Shown: piece by piece, positions 26,688 to 36,502 of the stretch
How positions within the stretch are numbered: position 1 is the stretch's first letter
Layout: the number at the start of each line of letters is the position of its first letter
IMG/VR virus record: IMGVR_UViG_3300005842_000485
Location: 1-64,000 of that record
Strand: one strand, 5' to 3'
Length of the DNA: 64,000 nt
DNA from: a virus
Translations under genes and position numbers: made by a program
Notes under the pieces: generated by a model
Databases searched by the model: none
What the model was told of the DNA's origin: nothing
What the model saw: only the letters and a program-made list of their open reading frames with translations

Positions 26688-26943
26688 CTCCATGTCCCCC
26701 GTGCTGGAATCGGGGTGGGTCGTGCGTATCGACACGTCCAAGCTCCCGCAGCCGGGGGATGTTACGGCGGTATACATCGATGGCGAGGGCGGGATGGTGG
26801 GGTACTGGCAGGGCGGAAAGAAGCCCATGCTCGACAAGGCGAATCCCGCGTACGCATCGGTGGATCTGACAGCCAAAGGGACGTGGAAGGTTGTCGGTGT
26901 CGTGGTCGCCATTGTGAACGCGCCGATCCAATCTCGCGCGTGA
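26605..26943 (+). CDS. Stand-alone S24 (LexA/UmuD-like) peptidase domain
   Basis: IIGDSMSP..ESG, PGDV, ANPAY, VVGVV. Confidence 0.75.
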   Translation: MSQRRFVNVLATAENLAPTARFCTIIGDSMSPVLESGWVVRIDTSKLPQPGDVTAVYIDGEGGMVGYWQGGKKPMLDKANPAYASVDLTAKGTWKVVGVVVAIVNAPIQSRA

Positions 26944-27071
26944 CGGCTATACTGGCTACGATTTTTGTCGAGGGGCGTTCGTCGCCTGTCGCCGACACGT
27001 ACGTTGTGGGGTTCGGAGGCGGTGTGGGCGTCCGTTCGGCCATCATCTCGAAAGCGAGTGATCCGATACAG

Positions 27072-28802
27072 GTGAAGAACCGGACGCTGTTCTTCGGCGA
27101 CAACCTCAGAATCCTCCGAGAGAAGTTCCCTTCCAACGAGGGGTACTTCGACCTCATCTATCTCGATCCGCCGTTCAACTCGCAGGCGAACTACAACATC
27201 CTCTTCCGCGAAGGACTTGTGGATAGCCCCGCCCAAGTCCATGCCTTTGAAGACACATGGCACTGGACGCCCGAGACGCAGGCGCTCTTCACTGAACTAG
27301 CATCCGAACCTCGCTACACACAGAAAGTCTCGGAGGTGATGCAGGGGCTCGAGAAGGTCATCGGCCACAACGATGTCCTGGCGTACCTCACGATGATGGC
27401 TGTCCGGCTCGTCGAGCTCCACCGCGTCTTGAAGGAGAACGGCTCGCTCTATCTGCATTGCGACCCGAGTGCAAGTCATTACCTGAAAGTCGTACTCGAT
27501 GCCGTATTCGGACCGAAGTACTTTCGGAATGAAGTCGTGTGGAAGCGGAGCAGCGCGCACAGCAGTTCAAAGCGATACTCGCCGGTCCACGACACGATCC
27601 TCTTCTACACGAAGAGTGACGACTACACCTGGAACAACATCTATACGCCACTCCCGCAGGAGACGGCAGATGCTTGGTATAACAACGTCGAAGCAGATAC
27701 TGGTCGGCGCTTCAACCGAGCCGATCTCACCGCAGCGGGAACACGCACAGGTCCCTCCGGCGCGCCGTGGCGAGGGATTGACCCGACCTCGAAAGGACGG
27801 CATTGGGCGATCCCTGGGTTCGTGAAGGACGTTGTGGCGGGATTGGAGACGCAGGCCGCGCTGGATGCTCTCGACGCGGCAGGAAGAATCTTCTGGCCAA
27901 AGTCCACGGGCGGCGTGCCGATGTTGAAGCGGTATCTTGAAGAGGCCAAGGGCATCCCGCCGCTGGACACCATCACGGATATTAGCCCCCTGAACAACGT
28001 CGCTGCGGAACGGCTTGGCTACCCAACGCAGAAGCCGCAGGCACTCCTCGAACGGATCGTCACATGCAGCTCGAACGTCGGTGACTGGGTGCTCGATCCG
28101 TTCGGCGGGTGTGGAACGACAGTCGCAGCAGCAGAAGCGCTCGATCGAAACTGGGTCATCATCGACATCACGACGCTTTCGATCAATCTCGTGAAGCGAC
28201 GGATTGAGAAGGCGTATCCCGACAAGGCGCTCGACATGACGGTGGACGGCTACCCGGCCGATCTCGCCGGCGCGCGGGAACTCTTCGACCAGGACCCCTA
28301 CCAATTCGAGTATTGGTGTTGCGACCTTGTGAACGCGCAGCCAGCAGGCGACAAGCGCCAAGGCAAGATGAAGGGTGCCGATAGGGGGATCGACGGCATC
28401 ATCACCATCGTTGAGCCCGCGGCGAATGGTGGAGTCCAGTACCGCAAGGTGATCGTCCAGGTGAAGGGCGGACACATTTCGTCGCCGCACCTTCGGGACT
28501 TCCGCGGCACGATCGATAGAGAACACGCGCTCGGCGGCGTGTTCATCACCATGGAGCCGCCCACAAAACCGATGGTGCAAGAGGCGACGGAGGCCGGCAC
28601 TTTCACGTACAAGATGAACAATCAGAAGTTCCCCGTGATCCAAATACTCACGGTCGCGGAGTTGCTCGATGGAAAACGACCCAACCTCCCCAACGTCATT
28701 GCCTACGCAAAACAGGCGCAGCTTGCGACCGCCGTCCCTGAACAGGCGAGTCTCCTTGGCGGCGGGGCGTCGGCTCCTCCTCCGAAACGCCGTTCTCGTT
28801 GA
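27072..28802 (+). CDS. Beta-class N6A/N4C DNA methyltransferase fused to an Mrr-like nuclease domain
   Basis: GDNL, LDPPFNS, YPTQKP, DPFGGCGT; C-terminal DRGIDG..VQVKGG. Confidence 0.92.
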   Translation: MKNRTLFFGDNLRILREKFPSNEGYFDLIYLDPPFNSQANYNILFREGLVDSPAQVHAFEDTWHWTPETQALFTELASEPRYTQKVSEVMQGLEKVIGHNDVLAYLTMMAVRLVELHRVLKENGSLYLHCDPSASHYLKVVLDAVFGPKYFRNEVVWKRSSAHSSSKRYSPVHDTILFYTKSDDYTWNNIYTPLPQETADAWYNNVEADTGRRFNRADLTAAGTRTGPSGAPWRGIDPTSKGRHWAIPGFVKDVVAGLETQAALDALDAAGRIFWPKSTGGVPMLKRYLEEAKGIPPLDTITDISPLNNVAAERLGYPTQKPQALLERIVTCSSNVGDWVLDPFGGCGTTVAAAEALDRNWVIIDITTLSINLVKRRIEKAYPDKALDMTVDGYPADLAGARELFDQDPYQFEYWCCDLVNAQPAGDKRQGKMKGADRGIDGIITIVEPAANGGVQYRKVIVQVKGGHISSPHLRDFRGTIDREHALGGVFITMEPPTKPMVQEATEAGTFTYKMNNQKFPVIQILTVAELLDGKRPNLPNVIAYAKQAQLATAVPEQASLLGGGASAPPPKRRSR

Positions 28803-29514
28803 GGCACCTCCAGAACCTCCCGATGCTGCGGCGGAAGAGGCAGCGGCGAATAAGGCCGCAGAGGAGAAGTACAAGCAGGAAAAAGCGGCCTTCTTTGAAT
28901 CCCTCACGAAGGAGCGTAGCCGGTTCATCGAAGGGAGGGCCGAGCAATCGAAGACCTACGACCAAACCATCCTCACCTTCTCGGCCGGTGCGATTGGTCT
29001 CTCGATTACGTTCGTTGAGAAGATCGCGCCGAACCCGTTCGCGCCATGGCTACTCTACGGATCGTGGACATGCTTCGGCCTCGCGGTACTCTCGGTTGTT
29101 GTTTCATTCGTCGTCAGCCAGATGGCGTTCGACAACGAGATTACGTACGTGGACGCATCGTGGGCGGCGGTTGTGGGACAGACTGACCCGCCAGAGAAGC
29201 GAGCAAACAGGTATACGGAGCACACCGACAAGCTTAATCTCGTTTCCGGAGGGATGTTCGTGTGCGGCATCGTGTTCTTCGTGCTCTTCGGGGTCTGTAA
29301 CTGGCCCGCGAAAAAAGAGGCGAGTACACTACGAGGAACACCGATCAAAATTGAGATCACCGGAGAAATGATGCCCGACAAGATGAACGTAATCACAAGG
29401 CCCGGAGCTGTCATCGAGGTGAAGAAGGGCAACACGCCGACACCGGCAATGCTGCCGCAAGCACCAAAGCCCGTTGTACCGACACCCGCGCCCGCGCCGA
29501 CGACGAAGAAGTAG
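28669..29514 (+). CDS. 3-TM membrane protein with Pro-rich tail
   Basis: YDQTILTFSAGAIGLSITF and three TM segments; start uncertain. Confidence 0.7.
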   Translation: MENDPTSPTSLPTQNRRSLRPPSLNRRVSLAAGRRLLLRNAVLVEAPPEPPDAAAEEAAANKAAEEKYKQEKAAFFESLTKERSRFIEGRAEQSKTYDQTILTFSAGAIGLSITFVEKIAPNPFAPWLLYGSWTCFGLAVLSVVVSFVVSQMAFDNEITYVDASWAAVVGQTDPPEKRANRYTEHTDKLNLVSGGMFVCGIVFFVLFGVCNWPAKKEASTLRGTPIKIEITGEMMPDKMNVITRPGAVIEVKKGNTPTPAMLPQAPKPVVPTPAPAPTTKK

Positions 29515-30274
29515 GAGCCACCGTGCCAAACGAAACGCATATGGTCGAACAGCCGTCCAAGTTGGGTCAATTCGGGGAAGCGCCGATCCAAGCGCTGCTA
29601 GCTCCGATACCGCAACCACCAGCATCGCCGGCGAGTACTCCCGCTCCGGCAGCTCCAGTGCCGTCTCCCGGAAGTGTCAGCGGCGGTGCAGCGTCGAAAT
29701 AGAGGGAAGATACGACGGTGAGTATTTTTGCCTTGATCACGACGGCCACTTCTCCAGTACGGGCATTGCTGGCAGGATTTCCGAAGCTTCTGAAGCGGAA
29801 GGAAAAGATCCCGGCGATCATCCACGTTCATGTCGGAGCGGAGATTACCGGCGACGTTGGGGACATCACTGGCGTCGGGACCGAGGAGCAGAAGGTGACC
29901 GACGACGCTTGCTCAACGAGATAGTGAGTCCGGAGTCGGAGTGGTGACGTGAGCCTGATAGATCGAATCATCACATTACTGACCACATCGTATGGAGTCA
30001 GTCCGGTGTCCTCGATGCTGCGCCAGAGACCAGAGCTACCGAAGCAGGCGAGTCAAACCGATACTGTATTGCCAGCAAACATGAAATCTGCGGTCGAGCA
30101 AGAAGTTGCGACCGGTGCTGGTGGTGAGCATGAAGCCGGGGCGCCGCCTCCTGGTGCTAGATAAGCGTGGATCGGGGGTTCATTGCCCCGGCGTTGCCCG
30201 CATGGATCGCCAATGACGAAGGTGCGGCATGCGGGAACCTCCGCGCTTCAAGTCCAGCAAAGACCTCTAGTGCA

Positions 30275-30568
30275 TCAGCCGTAACCACGATCGGGAGGCG
30301 TGTCGGTTGGGGGTGCCGATGCCCTATTGTTCGCGCGCCACGTGGTGAGTTCGATCCAGAGCAGTCGCGTTGCACGTCCCACGTGATGAAGATGCTCCTT
30401 GACGCGAATGACGAGAAAGCGCGCGATCTCTAAGCCAAGCGCCAGTTCGTGCAGCAGGCCGAGCAGAAGTGCTACTGCGAGAACAAGGCATGCGAGGACG
30501 ACGAGGATTGGGTGTGAAGTGAAGAGGTCCGAAGTCGCGATGTCGAACGTTCCCATAGTCCGCTCCAA
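30275..30568 (-). CDS. Small membrane protein
   Basis: Hydrophobic helix ILVVLACLVLAVALLLGLL. Confidence 0.45.
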   Translation of the reverse strand: MERTMGTFDIATSDLFTSHPILVVLACLVLAVALLLGLLHELALGLEIARFLVIRVKEHLHHVGRATRLLWIELTTWRANNRASAPPTDTPPDRGYG

Positions 30569-30924
30569 GCTCGCGGTGGTTTCCCACCGGGATTGTCGCG
30601 AGCAGAGCGGATCGGGACATTTGCTTCTTCCGCGATACTACAGCGGATACTTCCGGTCCCCGACCGTTACACGTTCGGTGTCACACCATAGCCTCCTGCG
30701 GCTCGCGCGCAGGAACCGAGGGCGTCACGCTCTCGGAGTCGAACTGTACCCGTGGGCGGAGGAGTGAAACCTCCGTAAGCAGGCCGTGTTCTGTGGCGAG
30801 TACAACCGAAGCATAAAGCGGGCCAGCGACAGCGCACTGATGGGAGCGGGTTTTACGATGTCAGGACTCACCGATCGTGTGCATGCTGGGTAGGGAAAGC
30901 GCAGGCACCGGACACTCCTAGGGT

Positions 30925-31896
30925 ATGAAGAAATCAAAAGCGCTTCTCCTGGTCTTGGCCGCTGCGTTGCTCTCCACCTCACCTGTCTTCGGGTGGAATG
31001 CCAGAGGACATGAGGCGGTCGCGGCGATCGCATGGGACAACATGCAGCCGGCGACGCAAAAGAAGGTCACGGAAATCCTGAACGCGGCGAAGGCGGGGGA
31101 CTGCCTGCACGAGCTCGGGACGGGATTTGATGCACGAACGTTCTTTATCAAAGCCGCGACGTGGCCCGACGTCGTCCGGCCGGGCGATAACGACACGCGG
31201 CCGTGCACGAAGTTCCATGATCGAGACGCACACTTCTTCGATCACTTTTGGTCAGGAGTCTCGGGCGGCAAGGACGACGAAGCTCCGAAGGCGCTAATCA
31301 TTGTCCCCAAGAAGAGGCCTACGACGAACGCAATCGAACGGGTCTACGAGTTTCGTCCGCTGGTGGCGTGCAAGAAAACGCCGTGCTGTGGAACGCCGGC
31401 TGATCGTGCGCATGACCTCGCATGGATGCTCCATCTCGTCGGGGACATCCACCAGCCGTTGCACAACGCGGCGCGCGTTACCACGGAACCGAAGGAGAAG
31501 GAGGGTGACCACGGAGGAAACCTCTTCCTCTTGAAGAAAGGCACGATTCCAGACAACCTCCACAGCTTCTGGGACGAGATCATCGACGAGTCCATCCCGC
31601 GAAATGGCGAAGCGGAGATGGTGTACATCAACCGGGTCATCAAGCAGATCCAAGCGGATCACCCCAAGGCATCGCTCGCGGCGCGCATGCAATCAGGGGA
31701 TGTTGGCGCGTGGTCGGCAGAAGGACTCGCGACGGCGGAGCGGATGGGGTATCCGAAAGCGTTGCAGCGTGGCGAAACCCCGAGCGACGAGTATCGCAAG
31801 GCGGTATTTACGGTTGCTGACGAGGCGATTGCGCTTGGCGGCTACCGGCTCGCGGACTTGCTCGACAACATGTTCGGTACGGCAGCGAATCCGTAG
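30925..31896 (+). CDS. Secreted S1/P1 nuclease
   Basis: Signal peptide then W...GH, ATWPD, HLVGDIHQPLH, GGN, NLHSFWD, GGYRLA. Confidence 0.95.
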   Translation: MKKSKALLLVLAAALLSTSPVFGWNARGHEAVAAIAWDNMQPATQKKVTEILNAAKAGDCLHELGTGFDARTFFIKAATWPDVVRPGDNDTRPCTKFHDRDAHFFDHFWSGVSGGKDDEAPKALIIVPKKRPTTNAIERVYEFRPLVACKKTPCCGTPADRAHDLAWMLHLVGDIHQPLHNAARVTTEPKEKEGDHGGNLFLLKKGTIPDNLHSFWDEIIDESIPRNGEAEMVYINRVIKQIQADHPKASLAARMQSGDVGAWSAEGLATAERMGYPKALQRGETPSDEYRKAVFTVADEAIALGGYRLADLLDNMFGTAANP

Positions 31897-31907
31897 GCTG
31901 CCACCAG

Positions 31908-32174
31908 TCAGCGCGCAGCGTTATGGCCGGCAGGGGACAGGGCCGCTCGCGCCCGAGCTACATCCGCAAGCGTGACCTCGGTAACAGTGCCATCGGTAGC
32001 TTTCACGCGAATCGGAGCAATGTCGGCACGGAATGGTGGCTCTAGCTGCGCGATGGCGTCACAGACGGCAACGAATGGGCGTAGCGCTTCGTCCTTCCGT
32101 TCGATCTCTTGTTCAAGCTTGGAAATACGGTCATCCAAATACCGTAACTCGATCTCATATGCGGTTTCACTCAC
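31908..32174 (-). CDS. Hypothetical coiled-coil protein
   Basis: Last ORF of the overlapping leftward cluster. Confidence 0.65.
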   Translation of the reverse strand: MSETAYEIELRYLDDRISKLEQEIERKDEALRPFVAVCDAIAQLEPPFRADIAPIRVKATDGTVTEVTLADVARARAALSPAGHNAAR

Positions 32175-32439
32175 TTAGCTGTTGTGTAGGTAGTGAGAAG
32201 ACGCTATAAGGATTCCGAGCAGCAAGCATGTCGGCGGCACCGTGTGTGATGCCCGTGCTTTCCTCTGCGATCTGGACGCACCGGTGGTAGCCCTGTTCCA
32301 TCGCGTCACGGATCACAACCGTAAGGTTCTCCACAGCGATTTCACTTAGGTCATCCACAACGTTGCAATAGTAGTCCGCGTACTCTTCTGGTGTATGACA
32401 ATCCGCGAGCGTCCGTGGTGTCTCTGATGGTTCAGTCAT
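32167..32439 (-). CDS. Hypothetical protein
   Basis: Cluster ORF. Confidence 0.6.
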   Translation of the reverse strand: MTEPSETPRTLADCHTPEEYADYYCNVVDDLSEIAVENLTVVIRDAMEQGYHRCVQIAEESTGITHGAADMLAARNPYSVFSLPTQQLSE

Positions 32440-32518
32440 GGCGATGTAAATATAAGAATTGTTGTTACGATGGCGGCGGTGGCCAGAGCGACAATGTAGA
32501 GGACGTATTCTCTATTGG

Positions 32519-32791
32519 TCATGCTGCTTCTTCGGGAGGAGGAGAGGGGGGAAGGTCGCGCACTTTGTCTCCTTGGGGTGGGAATGCATCACTCGTCCAT
32601 GCCGCATAAGCCATGCGCCAGTACCGCTCCGCTGTGTCACGCACTCGTGGCTCATCTTCCGCTAGGCGGGCAATCTCCTTCGCGTCATAGACGATGCCGT
32701 GCAAGTGCCAGTAGAGGCGCGTCGCCTCTTCCCTCGCCTTCCTGATCTCCTCGGCACAATCGTTACAGTCCTTATGTTCCTCATGCGACAT
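32519..32791 (-). CDS. Hypothetical protein
   Basis: CNDC motif; C-rich leader. Confidence 0.6.
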   Translation of the reverse strand: MSHEEHKDCNDCAEEIRKAREEATRLYWHLHGIVYDAKEIARLAEDEPRVRDTAERYWRMAYAAWTSDAFPPQGDKVRDLPPSPPPEEAA

Positions 32792-32795
32792 CGGC

Positions 32796-33263
32796 TCAGT
32801 GGTTAGTGATCTGATTAAGCTTCGCGAACTCACCGTGAACCTTGCTGGCGAAGACGTTGTAGGAGAGTGCCGCCGCATCCTCCGTGTTGTGGTACTCCGT
32901 GATACGGCCATACGGCGTACGAATCTGCATCCTCCATTTCCCGCGCTTCGTCGGACTCACCCCGAGATGCCGGGACGCCCCACGTAGCTTTCGCCTATTC
33001 GCGTTGTTCTGCGCCAGCGTTGCCACGCGGAGGTTCGACCTTTGGTTGTTTAGACCGTTGCCGTCGATATGGTCTGTGAACATTCCAGATGGCGGCGGCA
33101 AGACCTCGCGGTGCATGTGGACGCGCTTCCCGCCTGCCACGCGGCGAGCATAGAACGTCCGATCCCTGTTCTTTTCAGCGAACCACTTGTAAGCAGAAAG
33201 ACGTTCGTAACCAGCGTCGTCTACGAACGCGAACATATCCTGAGTTAGCGGGATGAGCATCAT
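32796..33263 (-). CDS. HNH-AP2 homing endonuclease
   Basis: MHR, DHIDGNGLNNQRSNLR..T..QN..N, GVS..KW, AAALSYN..HGEFA. Confidence 0.92.
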   Translation of the reverse strand: MMLIPLTQDMFAFVDDAGYERLSAYKWFAEKNRDRTFYARRVAGGKRVHMHREVLPPPSGMFTDHIDGNGLNNQRSNLRVATLAQNNANRRKLRGASRHLGVSPTKRGKWRMQIRTPYGRITEYHNTEDAAALSYNVFASKVHGEFAKLNQITNH

Positions 33264-33502
33264 GTGGAGCGGCGTTCAATGCGGATACCATCCTCAGCTT
33301 GTAACACCTCGTTTCTCAGCTTCTCAACCTCCTCCTGGTGCTCCTGCTCACGGTGATCGATGATCGAAAGTAGGAAGAGCATCTCGCGCCCGAGGTCAGC
33401 CAGAGATTCTTTCGGGGAGGTAGTAAGGTCAGCGGCGATGTCACGCAGCGCAGTAATCCGGTCTTGTTCTTTGGGGGTGGTGTCGTTACTTGGCATCAGC
33501 AA
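33260..33502 (-). CDS. Hypothetical protein
   Basis: Cluster ORF. Confidence 0.6.
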   Translation of the reverse strand: MLMPSNDTTPKEQDRITALRDIAADLTTSPKESLADLGREMLFLLSIIDHREQEHQEEVEKLRNEVLQAEDGIRIERRST

Positions 33503-33788
33503 CAGAGTTATCTTTACAGTAGATGGCTCCTATAACTTGGTTCTCGATGTCCGTGCGGCTCTTAGAGAGATCGCTTATCGCCAAACGAGCGATGGAACGC
33601 ACGAGTGTTCTGTCATCTGCGTCTCGTATCTCGCGAAGTGCTTCAAGTGCCCGGACGACTTTGAGGGGAGCAATCCAGCAATCTTCACAAACTCCCGTCT
33701 TAGCCTCCTCCGTGTGCCACGCCGCATATGGCTTGTCATATGCGCATATCAGACATGAGCCGTGTGGCAGCGTTAAACCTTCAGGCAT
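33486..33788 (-). CDS. Zn-binding hypothetical protein
   Basis: CLIC..CEDC. Confidence 0.6.
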   Translation of the reverse strand: MPEGLTLPHGSCLICAYDKPYAAWHTEEAKTGVCEDCWIAPLKVVRALEALREIRDADDRTLVRSIARLAISDLSKSRTDIENQVIGAIYCKDNSVADAK

Positions 33789-34065
33789 CGGAGGGTGGGT
33801 TAGTGGTAGTGATGGCGGCGAGGGCGTCACGGATGATCGTCTCCATGCAGACGTGGCCTTGATCTTTGGGACAGACGCCTTGTGGAGCGTAGCGACGCAA
33901 AGATCGTAGTGCCTTCTCTGCAATGGCGAGCTTGCGGCGGTCTTCCTGAATCGTGGCGAGGAAACGCAGCGGGTCGATAGTCACTGCCCCAAGCTCTAGC
34001 TGAGTAAGGATTACCTCAATCCGGTCTAGCTCCTCGTCCGTGTACGGCTTCACTTCATTGCTCAT
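33781..34065 (-). CDS. Hypothetical protein
   Basis: TDEEL..I N-terminus; C-rich leader. Confidence 0.65.
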   Translation of the reverse strand: MSNEVKPYTDEELDRIEVILTQLELGAVTIDPLRFLATIQEDRRKLAIAEKALRSLRRYAPQGVCPKDQGHVCMETIIRDALAAITTTNPPSDA

Positions 34066-34717
34066 GGGGAGTGGTCAGGAAGAAGTTGAAGAGGGCCGAT
34101 ACCGCCTGGATATCAGCGTTGTGTTTTGAGGCGTCATTGTCTTCGAGCGGCCAAAGTAAACCATCCTCAAAGTCTTGCCGATCGGCTACATCGACGTGCG
34201 GATACTTCCCTGTGGCATACGTGTAGAGGCGTGGCTCAAAACGACCATTCTGAATAGCGACTCCCCACACGTGGTCGCCGCCCTGCGGCTCCCAGCCGTT
34301 TCGGTTGATGAGTGCCTGTACCGCCCTATTCACGAGCGGTTCTACCTTGAGACGGAGTTCTGCGTCTTCCTTGATGCGGTAAGCGCCACAGTTTGCAAAC
34401 AGCCGCGCGTCTATGTCTCCGGGCGTGTGGGTATCTTGCGATGGCCTATCACGGTCGAACGGACTGACAAAGAAGAAGTGCTCATTGTTTGCTGGCTCCC
34501 ACGGGTACGGGCGCTCTGGCTCGTCAGGGATGGGGGCGAACCACTCCGGGTTGTTTTCCACTGGATACGCCAGTTGGCGACACTCGCAGTCCCTCCCTCC
34601 TTCAAGCCAGTACGCAACGTACACACCATTATCAACACGGGAAGGCTCAAAGATTTTGCCTGTTCCAGCAGCCGGGCATCCAGGGAGGTCTTTGAGGAGA
34701 CGAAACTTCTTAGGCAT
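34055..34717 (-). CDS. Hypothetical phage protein
   Basis: KFRLLKDLPG..AG and NPEWF motifs, which I recall from phage small-protein families. Confidence 0.7.
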   Translation of the reverse strand: MPKKFRLLKDLPGCPAAGTGKIFEPSRVDNGVYVAYWLEGGRDCECRQLAYPVENNPEWFAPIPDEPERPYPWEPANNEHFFFVSPFDRDRPSQDTHTPGDIDARLFANCGAYRIKEDAELRLKVEPLVNRAVQALINRNGWEPQGGDHVWGVAIQNGRFEPRLYTYATGKYPHVDVADRQDFEDGLLWPLEDNDASKHNADIQAVSALFNFFLTTPHEQ

Positions 34718-34949
34718 TTCTATGAGGGTTACATTCGGCCAAGACGAAAACATCCGATTTACTCAAACCGAGATATTCTTTGACGTAGTCTGCCGCTTCG
34801 TCCCATCCCTGCGCGAGTGCTTCTTTCTTCACACGGCGCAATACATTCCGGATAACCCTAGGATAAATAGCAGAGTTCCGTTGGTTGTAGAGGCTCGCAA
34901 CAAGTTGATCCTCTGCTCTACGCTCTTCTGGTGTAATCGTCTGCGACAT
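34710..34949 (-). CDS. Hypothetical protein
   Basis: EALAQGWDE..NPH pattern. Confidence 0.6.
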   Translation of the reverse strand: MSQTITPEERRAEDQLVASLYNQRNSAIYPRVIRNVLRRVKKEALAQGWDEAADYVKEYLGLSKSDVFVLAECNPHRNA

Positions 34950-34961
34950 AGGGGCCGGTGG

Positions 34962-35240
34962 TTAGTTTGCGCGACCAATGATCTCGACGTTGGGCATGCA
35001 CCCTTCATCGTCCGTGCGGCCCATGATATGGGTAGAGCATTCATAGCCGCTCTGGTGCTCCCAGTTGTACTCCCAGCCCCAGCCGCCGAGTTCACGGCGG
35101 ACAACGAATGTACCGGTGCGCTCGCCTGTCGGACTATGCGGGTAATCGTTGCTGGCATCGACGCGCAGAATGTCACCTACTGTGATCTCGATACCGTTCT
35201 TGTCGTAGAGGCCCGTGCTATTCACGCTCTCCTGTGACAT
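34962..35240 (-). CDS. YopX-family protein
   Basis: TGLYDKNGIEI..GDIL and EIIG. Confidence 0.8.
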   Translation of the reverse strand: MSQESVNSTGLYDKNGIEITVGDILRVDASNDYPHSPTGERTGTFVVRRELGGWGWEYNWEHQSGYECSTHIMGRTDDEGCMPNVEIIGRAN

Positions 35241-35254
35241 AGGGGGATGGGTGG

Positions 35255-35482
35255 TTAGGAGATTGCCTGTGCCGCGATCCGCCGATTGATCTGGTTCATG
35301 CGCTCGATGGTGGCGACGTGTTTAGCGCACTCCTCTACGAGTTCCTGCTTCTCTCGCTGGAACTGACGGATGACCTCGCAGAGCCACCGAACATCAGGGT
35401 TGCCGAGATCTGCGTCGTTGTGTTGCGCCCAAAACTCGATCCGTTCGAGGCGAGTCTCGATGTGTTCTGGTGCTGGTTCCAT
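35255..35482 (-). CDS. Hypothetical protein
   Basis: RLERI..DVRWL pattern. Confidence 0.6.
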   Translation of the reverse strand: MEPAPEHIETRLERIEFWAQHNDADLGNPDVRWLCEVIRQFQREKQELVEECAKHVATIERMNQINRRIAAQAIS

Positions 35483-35496
35483 GGGAGGTGGAGGTG

Positions 35497-35649
35497 TTAG
35501 CCGCGCGACCACCCGCCGCCAACAAGGACGACGATGCCGGCAATGAGCGCGAGGACGCCGAGGAAGATCGACGGCACGGAGATATGGAATAGCTCGATGC
35601 ATCCAATGAGGATGAGGTAGAGCCCGAGGGTGAGATTGGAGAGCGACAT
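35497..35649 (-). CDS. 50-aa 2-TM peptide (not in ORF track)
   Basis: MSLSNLTLGLYLILIGCIELFHISVPSIFLGVLALIAGIVVLVGG... Confidence 0.6.
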   Translation of the reverse strand: MSLSNLTLGLYLILIGCIELFHISVPSIFLGVLALIAGIVVLVGGGWSRG

Positions 35650-35661
35650 AGTGTGGAGCGG

Positions 35662-35919
35662 TTAGGATGACGACGGGATGGGCATGCCGGCTCGAGCGAG
35701 TTTCATCCGCACCGCCTCTCGGTAGCTCGTGCCTTCAGGGAGGAAGTAGAGCGTCGAGGTCGTGGCTATCGGCGGACGCGGATTCGGGGCGTCGCTTCCT
35801 GGGTAGCGCACTTCACAGGCGTCTTCCGTCACTGCGTCCCCGATCTCGACGAGATCATTGCTGCGGGTCAGGGCGTAGCGTGGCTCCGGTGTGTCGTCGG
35901 GGGTCTCACGCAGCGGCAT
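35662..35919 (-). CDS. Hypothetical protein
   Basis: Cluster ORF. Confidence 0.55.
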   Translation of the reverse strand: MPLRETPDDTPEPRYALTRSNDLVEIGDAVTEDACEVRYPGSDAPNPRPPIATTSTLYFLPEGTSYREAVRMKLARAGMPIPSSS

Positions 35920-36154
35920 CTTCGTCGATGGGAAGGATGCCGCGCTCTTGGAGGGCCTTGAGGAGAAGGCCTGGGAAGATGGCTCGATGCGAGATATGGC
36001 GGCTATCGGCCTCGCGGTAGCTCTGTTCTCGGAGATTGCAGTATTCATCCAATGGGATGTACTTCAATGCGAGGTCGTAGATGTCCGCGTTCGTGAGGGT
36101 GCCTACGGTCGTCACAGCAGCGCGTGTGAAAACGAGACCTGGTGGCCGGGGCAT
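35906..36154 (-). CDS. Hypothetical protein
   Basis: Cluster ORF. Confidence 0.5.
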   Translation of the reverse strand: MPRPPGLVFTRAAVTTVGTLTNADIYDLALKYIPLDEYCNLREQSYREADSRHISHRAIFPGLLLKALQERGILPIDEDAAA

Positions 36155-36468
36155 GACACGGGACAGGGGCCGGAGAGATCGCAGGGTGACCGGCGACCCG
36201 TGGTGCGAAACTGCGGAACGGCGCGCGAAATGGCACCCTGCCAAGACTTCGGCACATCCTCCCACGCGACTGTCGGACAGTCATCGACGAACCACGTGTT
36301 GCTCGCCGCTGGCGAGGTGGCGATACGGGGACGTTCTGAAATCCCCGAGACTGCATTGAAGATGACCGGGTTGCCACGGACATCTTGGAGGCCGGTATCG
36401 ACAAAGTATTGCTCGTAGCCAGGCAGGGAGTTCTTCGTATACCGACGGATGGTGTAGCGGGGCGTCAT
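36112..36468 (-). CDS. Hypothetical protein
   Basis: First ORF after the promoter; leader CACCTCCTCACCCTC. Confidence 0.6.
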   Translation of the reverse strand: MTPRYTIRRYTKNSLPGYEQYFVDTGLQDVRGNPVIFNAVSGISERPRIATSPAASNTWFVDDCPTVAWEDVPKSWQGAISRAVPQFRTTGRRSPCDLSGPCPVSCPGHQVSFSHALL

Positions 36469-36502
36469 TTGTGTTGAGGGTGAGGAGGTGAAGAACAATC
36501 TA

